Positions 12,891 through 25,439 of a stretch of DNA of 64,000 nt are shown here, in pieces. The stretch spans positions 30,480,078 through 30,544,077 of the forward strand of contig NC_081366.1 in NCBI RefSeq assembly GCF_030684315.1, in the 5' to 3' direction. The first letter of the stretch is position 1. Every line of letters begins with the position of its first letter. The notes under the pieces are model-generated. The model was not told where the DNA came from. It saw only the letters and a program-made list of their open reading frames with translations, and did no database searches. This stretch comes from Stegostoma tigrinum. Lineage: Eukaryota. The position numbers were made by a program, and so were the translations under genes.

Positions 12891-14055
12891 TGGTGTTCGC
12901 CCAACAAATGCAGCTGGCAAATAAGTATGTCCTGCAAACAGCTCCACCAATATATGTAAGGGAATGGAGTGGCTTAACTAGTTAATCAGTTCTCAATCAG
13001 TTGAATGCTTTTGTACAAAGCTCTGACAAAGAAGAACAGCACTATTTGATTCGTGCATTATGTATTTTTTTTTCAGTTTTCAACAGTCTTAATCATTTTG
13101 TTTTGAACTCTATACTTAAGCTTCGCCGGCCCCTTGAACTCTAACCTTTTTACCTTCACAGTCGCTTAACATCACCTTGACCAAAACTTTGCCCACTGTT
13201 TCCCAATTTCTCCATTCAGACTTTGCTTTATTGTTGAAGATGTGCTACAAGTGCAATATTTTGCTTTTAAAAATAGCTATTAGCAATCGATTTTACCCCT
13301 ATCTGAGCTTTGACTGGCAAGAAAGAGTGCAATAAATAATATACCATTTGTATTATTGCTTGCTTTTGTCAAATTTTAAATAATATTTGCTTTGTGCTTG
13401 AGCTCAGGATTTATCAGGTTTCAAGCATATATAGATTTAGGCCAATGTTAGGCTTTTACTTTCACATTAAATGCCATGATTTGATCCTTTAAATTGTGAT
13501 TACCAACTGCCTGCACGCGCACACAGATCACAGTTGTGGTAAATACATGCAAGTTGAAGGTAGTGCCCTAGGGTTTGATAATTCTCGGAAAATAGCCAAC
13601 TGGTTTGTGCGATGTCTGACAAAACACCCATCTTGAACTTTAGATTCCCTGCCATAATTTTAATGAAAGTTGAGAGCTCCAGGGATATGGGTGAGGTAGC
13701 CATTTATGTTATTCTGCCTGCTCTTACAAAGTCAAACAGGAGAACTGTGGAAATTCTCCTCACAATATGTATATGTGATAAACAGTGGTTTGCCTTAACA
13801 GTAACTTGTCGCTTACCAGTTTTAAAAAAATGTTTAAATGCTGTCCATGCTGTGTGAGAAGAAAATTCCAATTTGTTTTACTTGTGCCATTTAAATACTT
13901 ATTCCAAAATCAGTTAAGATGGTTAGTTCTGTAAAGCTTTCGGTTGACTGCTGACTTCATTACTGACAGTTTCACAGATATCTACGTAAAGGTTTATTTG
14001 CTTGAGTTCTCACAGGAGATATCTGACCACTTGTTATTTTTTTAAACCACAACAG

Positions 14056-14223
14056 GCATGTTACGGAATTTTGAAAGTGCCCCTGGGCAGCTGGTTGTGT
14101 CGGACGTGTGCCCTGGGGGTTCAGCCAAAGTGTTTGCTGTGTCCCAAGAGAGGAGGTGCTTTGAAACCAACTCGCAGTGGCACAAAGTGGGTCCATGTTA
14201 GCTGTGCCTTATGGATACCTGAA
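14056..14223 (+). CDS. JADE2: JADE2 exon: end of PHD1 and zinc knuckle ([18 protein letters not shown]...[10 protein letters not shown])
   Basis: Acceptor acAG|GCA and donor GAA|GTAAGA. 168 nt (56 codons), in frame with the previous exon. KRGGALKP is JADE2-type (JADE1 has KKGGAMKP, from memory). Confidence 0.96.
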
Positions 14224-14833
14224 GTAAGACATCCATCTGCATGCAGCTTCACAGCAGGCTCCCAACAAACTACCATGATCACATTCTGAGACAAAGGGCT
14301 GTCCAGCACTTTTCCTGTTGAACAAGCAGATTACATTGATTCATTAAATATCGAGTTGATAGAAAAATTGTGGGGAATTGGCTTTGCTGTGAATGATGTG
14401 ATCATGTTACAGTTGTCTAGAATTGAATATTAGAAGGTTAGCAAAACAGTGTGGATGAAAGTTTTCTCTGTAACCTGTTGGACTTTTTTTACAAATTCTG
14501 TTCTTTGCATGACAAATATATTCATGAGAATTAAATGACACGAAAGATGCAACAGAGCTCTCTCATCTCTGAATCTGATAAAGTCTTTTTGCTCAGTTGG
14601 TTACAAATGTCCAATTTGAAATGAATGTGGATAGTCTTAACCACCCTGCCCCTTTCCCCCTGAGAATGAGGGAACTAATCTGCCCTTGATTTGACAGCAA
14701 CTAGCTATCTCATTCAGACACCAAAGAAGTGGCTAATGTCGCAAAAGAGATTGACGCAGTATTGTTACTCTTCTGAGGTTTAGGATTAAGGCCTACTGTT
14801 GGGAGAGCAGAAGAAATCTTCCTCTGAATTTGT

Positions 14834-15065
14834 TAATACAGTGTGGAGCTGGAGGAACACGCAGCTCAGGCAGCATTAGAGGAGTAGGAAAGGCAATGCG
14901 TCGAGTTGGGACCCTTCATTAGCCGATGTTTTCAGGATTGATGAAGGGTCCCAACCTGAAACGTTGACTTTCCTGCTACTCTGCTGCCTGACCTGCTGTG
15001 TTCCTCCAGCTCCACACTGTATCGACTTCGAATTCCAGCATTTGCAGTTCTTGCTGTCTCCCTCT
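14834..15065. mobile_element. Palindromic Penelope-terminus-derived mini-element
   Basis: Inverted arms of about 80 bp, with a perfect 25-nt match between 14836-14860 and 14998-15022. Homologous to 4015-4105. Flanked by CTCTGAA(T/C)TTGT at 14822-14833 and 15066-15077. Confidence 0.8.
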
Positions 15066-15669
15066 CTCTGAACTTGTCTGGTCAGTATCTGTTTTGGGAG
15101 TGCTTGATGGGCACCCGTAATTATTACAGATTCATTTTATTTGCACAAACTTCCTTTGCTTTGATAAACACACAAATTAATTAGGAAGCAAAAGAACAAA
15201 ATTATTCTATGTATCTGCAATACCGTCTGCATCAGGAAGAAATGCAAAAGTGAGCTTGCACTGAAAGGCTAGTGGTTCTTACTTTGTTTAAAATAAGTCA
15301 TGCCCCATGGAGGTCCAAGCTCTTCTTATTTTGTCATTGCATATTTCTGTGATGGAGTGCCAGGACATTCGCACACATGCGGTGAACCCCTCTTCATTGC
15401 CATAAGGCATCACTGCACATTTGTTTGATCTTTCTGCTGAAATTATGTTCTACAGATTCTAATTACAACAATTTCAGAAAGACTGTGGGTGCTTTATTAT
15501 CAGTTAGAGTAATTGGCTAGAAAAATGACACAAAATGAGCCGGAGGAACTTGTGCATTGCCTGGATACTGTAAGGACTGTTGCCATCAAATGTAGTCAGT
15601 TCAGCTGAGATGGTGGGAATGCGTCTCGAATGATAATATGAAATAAAACGAGCAATTGCCTGGGAAAAG

Positions 15670-16020
15670 AAAACCGCACTGTTTAGGAGCAGGAGTGGGC
15701 CTAATGGCCGTTCTTCCTGCTCTGCCACTTAAGATTTGATTGTAACCACAACACCACATTCTTGCTTCATCCTGCTAACCTTTAACCCTGTTTCTTACCA
15801 AGAATCTATCTATCTCTGCCTCTAAGATGTTAAAAGACTGTGTATTCATCACTTTTTGAGGAAGAGAGTTGCAAAGACACTCAACCCTCTTAGAGAAAAA
15901 TACAATTTTCCGGCTCTTTCTTAAATGGGCACCCATTCCCCTTCCACGTTCTTATGTTGTCATTACTGTTACTAGATTTGTCCACAAAAAGAAACATCCT
16001 TACCTCATCTTCAGTCAAAT
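15670..16020 (-). mobile_element. CR1 3' fragment
   Basis: ccaagaatctatctatctctgcc and a CR1 3' UTR in reverse orientation. Confidence 0.65.
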
Positions 16021-17250
16021 CACCTGCAGATTCATGAAAGAAAGCCAGCACAGATTTGCACATCCTGTTTCAACTAAATTGCTTCAGTTTTTTGATGAGA
16101 TAACAGGAAGGATTGGTGAAGGCAATGCTGTTGGTGTGATGTACATGGACTTCCAAAAGGCATCCAATTAAATGCTGCACAACAGACATAAGAACCACGT
16201 TAGAGCTTGTAGAATAAAAGGCGCATAACAATGTGCATGAGTGATAGGAATCAAAGAACAGTGGTTCATGGATGTGTATTTGGGCTGGAGAATGGTTTGT
16301 AGTGGAGGCCCGTAGAGATTAGTGTTGTTGGCCCCTCTCTTTCTGATTTCTCTTGTAGTAACCTAGATGCACAATTGAGTGTGCAGGAAACTATTTCAAA
16401 ATTTGAAGACAGGATAAAACTTTCAAGTATACTGAATTAGGGGAAAGTATTTATTTCACAACAGGTTGGTGGAATAAACAGCCAATGAGGTTTAATGCAG
16501 AGAAGTGTGAAGTGATTCATTTTTGTAGAAAGAGCGTAGTGTGACAATATGAAATAGAAGTGTAATTCTAAAGTGGGTCCAGAAACAGAGGCGCCTAGGT
16601 ATTTATAAATCATTAAAGATGGAAGGACATGCCAATAGAGTGGTTAATAAAATATAAAGCTTTACAAATAATGGAATACAGTACAAGACCAAGGAAGTTA
16701 TGTTAAATTTGCATAAAACTCTGTGTTTTGGCCTGAGCCGGAGTATCCGGTCACAACACCTAAAGAAGGATGTGAAGACAACGGAAAGGGTGCAGAAAAG
16801 ATTGACCTGGATGGTTCCAGGATGAGGAACCTATTGTCTAGAGAAGAATTGGAGATATTGGGACTGTTTCACCGGGAAAGAGCAAGTTAAAAGGAGATTG
16901 GATGGTGATTTTCAGAATCATGAGGAGTCTGGACAGAGTAGGTAGGAGAAAAACCTTTCATTCTTGATCCTTCCATCAATAGGAAAGGGCACATATTTAA
17001 GGTCATTGGAAAAGAAGCAGTGGCCACATGAGAAAAAGCTTTCTCACGCAGCAAGTGCTTAGATCTGGAAAGCACCGCCTGAAAGTGTGGTGAAGGCAGG
17101 TTCAATCAAGGTAGTCAGGAAAGGATGGATTATTTGAACTGGGAGAATGGGCTACCATGAAAAAGCAGGAGAATGCAACCAAGTAAGGTGCTCCTTCGGA
17201 GACCAGGCCCAGATATATTGCATTAAATAGCCTTCTGTGCTGTTATTTTT
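16020..17250 (+). mobile_element. Decayed CR1 LINE RT to 3' end
   Basis: LLQFFDEITGRIGEGNAVGVMYMDFQKA (CR1 RT), tttaatgcagagaagtgtgaagtgattcattt (FNAEKCEVIHF) and gtgcagaaaaga. Confidence 0.8.
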
Positions 17251-18173
17251 CTGTGTCTCCACCTTGAAGGCATTTCAGTTGCAAGTTTGAAATAATAAAA
17301 GAAGATTTAATTTCACAATCTTGAATCTGCAATTAAAGTATGATGTTAGGTAGTTAGGGAGCTTTGCCCTATATTTGATGTGTGTGTGTGCTATCTGTTC
17401 TGGAATTGTTTTCTGGTGATTCTTTGTGCTAGCATTAGCAGGAGACTACTTAGGGAAATTAGTATTTGCTTCATTAAAGGAATTAGTTGCTGTTGCTTCA
17501 GATATGAAATTATGTTAAATATAAACAAATAAGATTTACAGGAATAACTAAAACCAGAATGTGATACAAATGTACAATGAGTTAACTGTAATCTAAATGT
17601 TGATTGACCTGTCTGCATCTACAGTTTTACTGTTTTTATTTCCAATTTTTGTAAGTTCTGTTTTATTTCTTGAAAGCTACACTGTCTGTTAAAAGCAGTG
17701 CCAATTCTAGTTCGTGAAGTGATTGTCTTAATAGACAGGACTCATCTTCTGTCATTAAAAGTCAGACACCAATTAACTGAAGTTGATTCAGGTCTTTTAC
17801 AGTACCTGCATTGTGATTCACATTGCCAAACTTGAGTTACAATTCTGGTTGATAAACAGAGTAAGATAGAAAATAAGTTCTGTAATGATTGTACCAAACA
17901 TCACTGTGTAAGGCCACAAATTGAGCCTACTGAAGTCTTTGTCCAGTTCTCACCACTTAGCAGTTCACAGCATCACCCTGAATCAGATGTGTTATAATGA
18001 CTGAATCAAATGTGTTACAGCAAACAATCACGTGATATGGGCAGATCCTGAGGAAAGATTTGTGCTGTTATGGTAACAAAACAGGTCCTATGAATACATA
18101 AAAGGCAAGAAAAAATGCCCACAAATATTGCAAGCTCTCTCTCATTAAATTTTACTGTTTCAATTTGTTTTAG

Positions 18174-18290
18174 GTAAGTATAGGTTGCCCTGAGAAGATG
18201 GAACCCATTACAAAGGTGTCACACATTCCTGCTAGCAGATGGGCTCTGTCTTGTAGCCTTTGCAATGAACGGACTGGGACATGTATTCAG
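18174..18290 (+). CDS. JADE2: JADE2 exon: [39 protein letters not shown] (start of PHD2)
   Basis: Not in the ORF track; translated by hand. Acceptor tttgttttAG and donor CAG|GTCAGT. 117 nt (39 codons). Confidence 0.95.
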
Positions 18291-20412
18291 GTCAGTATGG
18301 ATATGTTTGTCTATTTTCAGTATTATTCTCCAACTACAATGTGAGTGTAATACCATTTGTTCTAAGAGGAGTTTAGGAGGTGATTAAAATGCCATGTTAG
18401 ACCTTGCCTGATAATTAACTCACTGCTTCTTTGTCTGAACCTTTGTTTTGGCTGATCGTAGACAGAGAATTTACATCTTTGTGGAAACTTGGAATGTAAT
18501 TGTCTTGGATTCTCCTAGTGGTGACAGTTTATTAAGGCTTTGAATGGCTGACTCATACAAACAATGCTCCAAATTAGATCCGCCTTCCCAGCCTAACCTG
18601 TGCAAAATTAGCTGATTTTAACCAAAGCAACTGTAAGAGGTTTGCAGGTTGACACAGCACTCCCAATTGAGGAAGAAGAAAATTCATCTCGGTTTCCACT
18701 ATTGATCTCTGCTGAACAATGTTTTCCAAATGTGCATCTTGTGGACTGAAGACAGAATCAGGCTTGCGATGTGATGTCATCTGTGGGCAAACAGTCCCCG
18801 GTGATCACTGTCTAAGCTCATATGTTACAGATTGTCTTTTACCCATAGACCACTGCTACTTGGAGAACTGTATCCCATTAGATTGCCAGGAGACAGGAGA
18901 AAATTGACAGGGGAGAAATGGAGGGATAAAAGCATAGACATAACAAAGTGAGACCCAGTTTAAAACTTGCATGCTGTGTTATTACGGGTATGTTTGCATG
19001 TTCTCACATTAAAGAAATTTCATGCTATTAAAGTTAATTGTAATAATTTTGGTTTTACTTTTACATGGAATTTGCAACCCAGAAACAGGTTTGGCCCAAC
19101 AGATCTAGTCTAGTGTTTGTGCTTTGTGTTAACATTCATAAATTTACCAATCTCCCACCAGGACTGTTAATAGCTTCTGTTTATTCGAAGATCTGTTATC
19201 GGATTGCACAGCAGTTAGGTTTGTTACAGAAGTTCAGCCGCTACTACAAGAGGAAAGCACAGCAACTTTCCCTCACACTACGTACTGCAAGCAACATAGA
19301 CGATGGCCACTAGTCACATATGCTATATCTTGGTGACTCAGCTTCTTAAAGTGGTATAGAATGTCCCACCTTACATTGTCTGGTCCAATCATCAGAATTC
19401 GTCTATCACTCTCTCCCTCGTTCATTCATCCAGCTTCATTTTAAATAGATCTATAGTAAACACCTAAGCCCCAATTATGTGGTCATAAATTTCACATTTT
19501 CATCTACCCTAGCACTGGCAATCCTGGGCTTTCTTACCGCAGTGAGCTATTCCTCAGGTTGGAACCGAAGTAAGGCTGTTGCTGTTCCACCAACAGAAGT
19601 GCAACAGGGCAGGACTTAGCTACAACAGACAGTTGCAAATCCTCAAGATAATATTATTGGCCTATTTAGAATGGCTAGCCCTGTAGGATGCTTCAGAAGA
19701 ATGGGATTGCTTCAATGAAATGAAGTTTGCAATTCCTTAAATATTGGGAAAAGGCTTTTCCTATTTTTCAGAGTTTGAAGCTTAACCAGCCGGCTTTTCT
19801 CCTCTTCTCCAAAGGGTGGTGAGGGGCCACAGTTATGTTCATTGTTAGCTTAATTTTGCAACTTGTTAGGGGATGTTATCCAAAGCTATAATTGATGGAA
19901 CGTCTGGCAAAGCCCTGGAACCCCTGAGAAGCATTATGACAGAGGCTTTTGAGTGGATCGAAGATAAACAGTTTCTGATCAGGTTCAAAAATCCGAATTG
20001 AAAACATATCCTTTGGATGAAGTAGCATTAAAAACAGATGGAACAATTTTATGCCAATTGTTTGCAGCTACATTTGCCATTTGATTAAATTGGCAAGCTG
20101 TTAGCCTCAAACAGTTTACTTTTAATATCCTCAGATGTTAGTACCAAAGGGTAAAATAGTTCAGTGTGTAAATCCCACAAAGACTGATTTTTGTTTCCCT
20201 TATAGTCTGTGGTTTAAAGTTTTAAACCATACTTAACACCACACACCCCATATTGAAGCTGTACTGTCATCATCAGAAAATGGGGTCACCTTGGAAGTAA
20301 AATCGAAAAACATAAACAGAATAAAATGCTGCAGGCTTTTGTTCCCTTTTGAAGTATTCTTAATAAGAGTATCATTATACTGATGAGTATTTACTTTTAT
20401 TCCTCATTCTAG

Positions 20413-20931
20413 TGCTCAATGGCTTCCTGTATAACAGCATTCCATGTGACATGTGCATTTGACCATAATTTGGAAATGAGGACTATTCTTGCAGAGAATG
20501 ATGAAGTCAAGTTTAAGTCCTATTGCCTGGATCACAGCAGCACTATCACCAATTCCTGCAGCAAACGGGACGAAGCCATGAGCAAATTAAATGAGGCACG
20601 GCAGCTCTCTGCAACCACTGAAGGGATGGTGGAGGTGAATCAGAGCGAGTGTGACTTGGAGAAAGCAAGCCTGAGGAAACAGAAGCTGCAACAACTTGAG
20701 GAGGAGTTCTATGAACTGGTAAATCCCTCCGATGTGGCCCAGCAGCTACAGATGTCTGATGTCCTGGTGGATTTTTTCTATCAGTACTGGAGACTCAAGA
20801 GAAAGTCGAATTTCAACAAGCCGCTGCTGGCTCCAAAAACTGATGAAGTGGACAATCTTGCCCAGCAAGAACAGGACATCTTATACCGGCGACTGCGGCT
20901 CTTCACACATCTTCGACAAGATTTGGAGAGG
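20413..20931 (+). CDS. JADE2: JADE2 exon: rest of PHD2 and the ING/MEAF6-binding region ([16 protein letters not shown]...[11 protein letters not shown])
   Basis: Acceptor attctAG|TGC and donor AGG|GTGAGT. 519 nt (173 codons). [15 protein letters not shown] is JADE2-type. Overlaps ORF 20419..21012. Confidence 0.96.
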
Positions 20932-23619
20932 GTGAGTGTGAGCTTTAAAGCTAATTACACCTCCTCCAGATTACTGTTGAGTCAGTGGTCACTTGGTTAT
21001 ATTATTTTCTAATCCTTAACATTATTGTATGGACATTTTTGTGCTTGAAGGACACACAAAAGTACAATAGTTAGTACCAACTTCATCTGCAAACGTACAT
21101 CAAGTTGAACCTGTTCCAAAAATTGAATAGAAATTATTAATGAATATCAGTGATTACTCCAATAGAGTGCCTTCATACTCATGGTTATGATATGCACAAT
21201 CACATTGGTAACTAGGGGAAATGTAAGAGAGCTTTGGGCATATGAACATCTTTGTTCCCCATCCAACTGTGGCTGAAAACTGGTGTATGTGGAATTGGTG
21301 AAATGATCCATTTTCTCTGTCATTTTCACATTAACCTGGTAAAACAGTGTTTGGTATCACAAGAAAGATTGTCTAGTTTCTGTATCCCATGGCCATCTGA
21401 AAATAATAGTCCTTTACAGATTGGGAGTTACCTCAATTATTTAATATTAAACATACAACTTCCTAACGAAATTGTGAATAGTGAATTACAAACATTCAAG
21501 AAACACTGCCTGTTTCCAGGGAGAACCTTCATCACCTTCTTTTAAAAGTTAATTTGGTTCAGTTGGCAACAGGCAAGCAACAATGAAACAGGACAATGAT
21601 CTGTAAGTATTGGCAGTCACTCGCAACTATCTGTTAGTCTCACTCCCGCTGAGTGGGTTAAAATTTGACTGAATCTGTTTTTATCGCTGTGGCACTACAC
21701 ACAGGTAGACTCTCTAGGCCTTTCTTTGTTCATCCTTTCACAGTCTGATTTTTGTTTTGTCGTCATTATCTTTGCTTGTAGCTTTTTTTCTTCTATTCAT
21801 TCTCACTCACTGCCCTATCTCTAGATTTCTCCTATTGTTTTAAACTTTGTCTCATCTAAGTTTCACAACTCCTGTCTCCTTCTGATTTTGTCTCTCTCTC
21901 TCCTATCCACAACCTTTTTTATCAGTCAGGCGATCTCCTTCAGATTTTTCCATCACTGCTGTAAGATTGTTAGAATTGTACCCATTTACACAAGTCAGAG
22001 AGATTTTCAATATGCTTTTAGCAAAGCTGCAGCAGATTAACAGGATAAGTGCAGAGAAAATTATTTCTTTGTGGTTGACTGTATGAGATTGTGAAACCAC
22101 GTCTACCTAAGTGAAGAGTATCTTGTGTAAAAAATGTTTTATGTTGGGTATTAGTGAACTAACACTGAAGACGTGAGAGTGTGAATAATAATTCACTGAT
22201 ATTTGATTCTTTGACAGAAAGTTCAGGTTACAGGCTGCTTGTGGAATTTGTGTTCTCACCTGCTTTTAGTCAGTTGCCCAGTTACCGCTCTCAGCAGCAG
22301 TTATTGGCTTGGCACAAAGAGGAAAAGAGTCAAATTTGTATCAGCTAACCACTAACTTTATTAGTTTAGTGAAAGTAGACATACAATTCACACTGTTTTG
22401 TTTAAAAAAAAGGTTAACAGCAGGCATGCAATCCATCCAAGACTAAAATCTATGTCCACACATTCTAGGTTTCTCTGACGCTGTCTAAACAGTCAAAGGA
22501 TTTAAAAGCTAATAGCCAAGAATAAGAGCTCCCACTGGTCAGGCAGTCTCCATGCTACCAAGCACGAAGATTGTTCTCTGGAGTTTTTGCTGCTGGCACC
22601 CTTGAAATCCAAAACTGTAATGTCTTTTCTTTGGTTCTTACCCCATCTGGCGAGCCTGTGCTTTTCCTTATAGGCTCGTTCCAAGGCCACTGTTAAGATT
22701 ACCTCAGTACTGTTCCACCAAATAAGGATTTGCACCTATGTCATTCCTCTGAGCTGAGCCAGTTCAAGCCAGCCCAAGTCAGTGGCTAGGGGCTCAGGTA
22801 ACTTCAGTTCACACGGTGCTGTTTTTAATGTGTGAGCAGCACTGGGTTGACAAGTCCATTGGGTAATTTTGCTGTTTGAAAGAGTTTGTACTCAAAGCTC
22901 TTGAATTCTATCTGCGTTTCTGTTTCTTGATTCATTTTCTTGCCTGGTTTCCAGATTCGAGAGAGTTAAACTTGCACAATGGCAGGAAAAGTTAACCTTT
23001 GCTCCATAGCACAAGTGAATCTGTTTTGCCAATCGTTTGTAAATTTCTGACTTTGGACTATTTTTAATATCAATATTCAAGAACACTCAGTTCAAAATGT
23101 CACTGAGCCACATAGACCAAAAAATGACCCTAGTTCAATCCCTGATGCTTGTCAAGTGTAATTTGATTTAAGCTTGGCTAAGAGTGGAAGCAATGCAGTC
23201 ATAACCAGTGTCCCTGACAAAGTGTTCCAAAAAATCATAAGGATACCCTGCTTTCAAGTGTACACAAGTGGGCATTGAGTGAAAGACAGCTTCTGTCTCA
23301 GTTGCATTGCCCCATAATGTTGACAAAAGATCTTAACTTGACAAAATATCAGAGAGTTTCCAGAACCTCTGAATGTGCAGCCTAATTTAGGTCAGTAACT
23401 TCAGAACGAAAGAGGTAAGAAGAGAAAGCTGTAGGCTGACTAAATGGGAGGGAATATGGAGTGAACAGAAATATAGACTTTGTTTCAGTAATCAGTGACT
23501 GTTAAACTAATCCCCATTGACCTATTGCAGATTTTATTGTTCTTTTTGCCTTCCCTTTCTCCGAGAATCTTAGTGGGACCTAACATCTTTGCTTCTTTAT
23601 TCCTGATGACTTGAACACA

Positions 23620-24300
23620 ATAGACAGCTTGGAAGCTAAGAAACAATCATATAATCATCAAACCCTTTCTTTCAAAGACACCACATCCTGTACAGTTATC
23701 ATGCGTCAGTGACTCATAAGAACGCTACAGAAATCTCACCAGCAGCGGCTCCATCACATCGCCTCCAGGTTTATTGGGAAGACCAGCAAATGCTAACGTG
23801 GATCTTGACGTCACCTCTAAGTATTCAAGTAAAAGTCCCGCAAGTCGTTTTCGATGGACTGGACATTGTGTCTGTGTGGTTGAAAATTGTCCCCATCAGG
23901 TTCTTTCCAGTCAACTTTTAAACAGCCAGGACAGGATAAAGTCCCTGAACCTCTCCTTAAAGTGCAGAGCATTGACGCTAATAATTGGGAAATGCTTGCT
24001 ACCATTCATTCACAAAGGTAATATCTGCCCATCAAGCTTTATCACATTTTCGAATTTGCACCTTAATGTCGAGGCACAGAAATGACAGAGGAAGAAAGAA
24101 AGGAAAGGAAACAATTCTTGCCACATGCATCCCCTATCTCATTGTGCCCCCATGTTTCTAATGATCGACGAGTTGAAAATTAGACTGATCAGCCATGAGG
24201 AGACATATGATATATCCCAAGGACCCCATAGCCCTTAACTTGAGGAACCAGCCGACGACAAATCTTGCCAGCTGGCCATTCGATTATTACCGTCTGTCAC
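23620..24300 (+). mobile_element. RTE-clade LINE 3' fragment
   Basis: LQVYWEDQ, RFRWTGHCV, PHQVLSSQL and SLKC resemble the RTE C-terminus (ILQI.WED, LRW.GHV, PKQ.LYSQL). Confidence 0.6.
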
Positions 24301-25439
24301 AACAGTGAGTGACCCCCATCCCCTGCCATCCTGTTGTTTTTGATTTTTGCTTGTTGGACTTAAGATGAGGGGGACAAACTTTACATGGCGTTCTGGTCTT
24401 ACCACATTTCAAATTGAGTTTACAGTAGGGGACATCTGAGCACCTAATTGCCCATTGCGAGTATATACCATTAAATCAGAAAAACAATGCGGGGAACTGA
24501 TGGTGTAGTGGTAATGTCACTGTACTAGTAATCCAGGTGCCTAGGCTAATCTGGGGCAGTGCATTAAAATCTACTAATGGAATTTAAATTCGACTCACTC
24601 AGTTGATTAGTTCAGAAAATGTGGACCCTGGCTTATGTGCTACCCTAGACTCATGGCACCCCATTGAAATCTTCTCTGAGGCCCCAGTGGTTGGTCCACT
24701 AGCAGCCTCTGAAATTTCAGATTAAAATTAATTGTGAATTTAATGCTGCAGATTGAACCCCAAATATAAACGTATGAGGACTTGACTGGAAGGCAATCAA
24801 CTGCAGTACCGAGAAGTGGGACGCAATTAGCGGGACTACATTTTGCCTTCATATCTGGGCACGTGTTTGAAATTGAACCAGCCTTGCTGCTCCACGGATA
24901 GTATAGCTCTATCTGAAATGAGTTGCACAGCCTCGAGCCTGTTCTCAAAAGGCATCGCCAACAGTACACTGTTGAGGTGAATTTGGCAACACACCGCAAG
25001 CTGTGATGAGGATTCCTTGTGTGGGCACAAAACTGTTTTTTCCGTAGCTAAAGCTATGCATGTTACTACAGTAACAACTTACTTCTTCCTTGTTCTTGCC
25101 TGTGAGTCTTATTGTGTTGTTGATATCAATAATGTGATCTTTGTTGTACCATTGTCTCAGCTGCATGTATTTATATACCTGAGACAAAGGTACAAAAAGG
25201 CTAAGTTAAGATACCAACAACATAGTAAGATACTCGGGAATTTTATGAACAAGAAATCTATCTAATTTCCCTCTAAGACTCAACCTGTAGCCTGTTCTCA
25301 TGTTGCAATACTCTGTGTCTCTTTGATCAAGTCTTTTTCTTGTACCCTGGTTCCTGACGTGTGCAAAACAAAATAAGCTTTTACTTCTTGTCTCATTCTA
25401 ACAAAACCTAATATTCATATTTTGCCTTTAATAAAATGC

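Noticed and set aside
14834-15065. DNA-transposon MITE
   Set aside because: The arms are homologous to the terminus of the RT/GIY-YIG element at 4015-4105, one arm extends asymmetrically, and the same unit occurs singly elsewhere.
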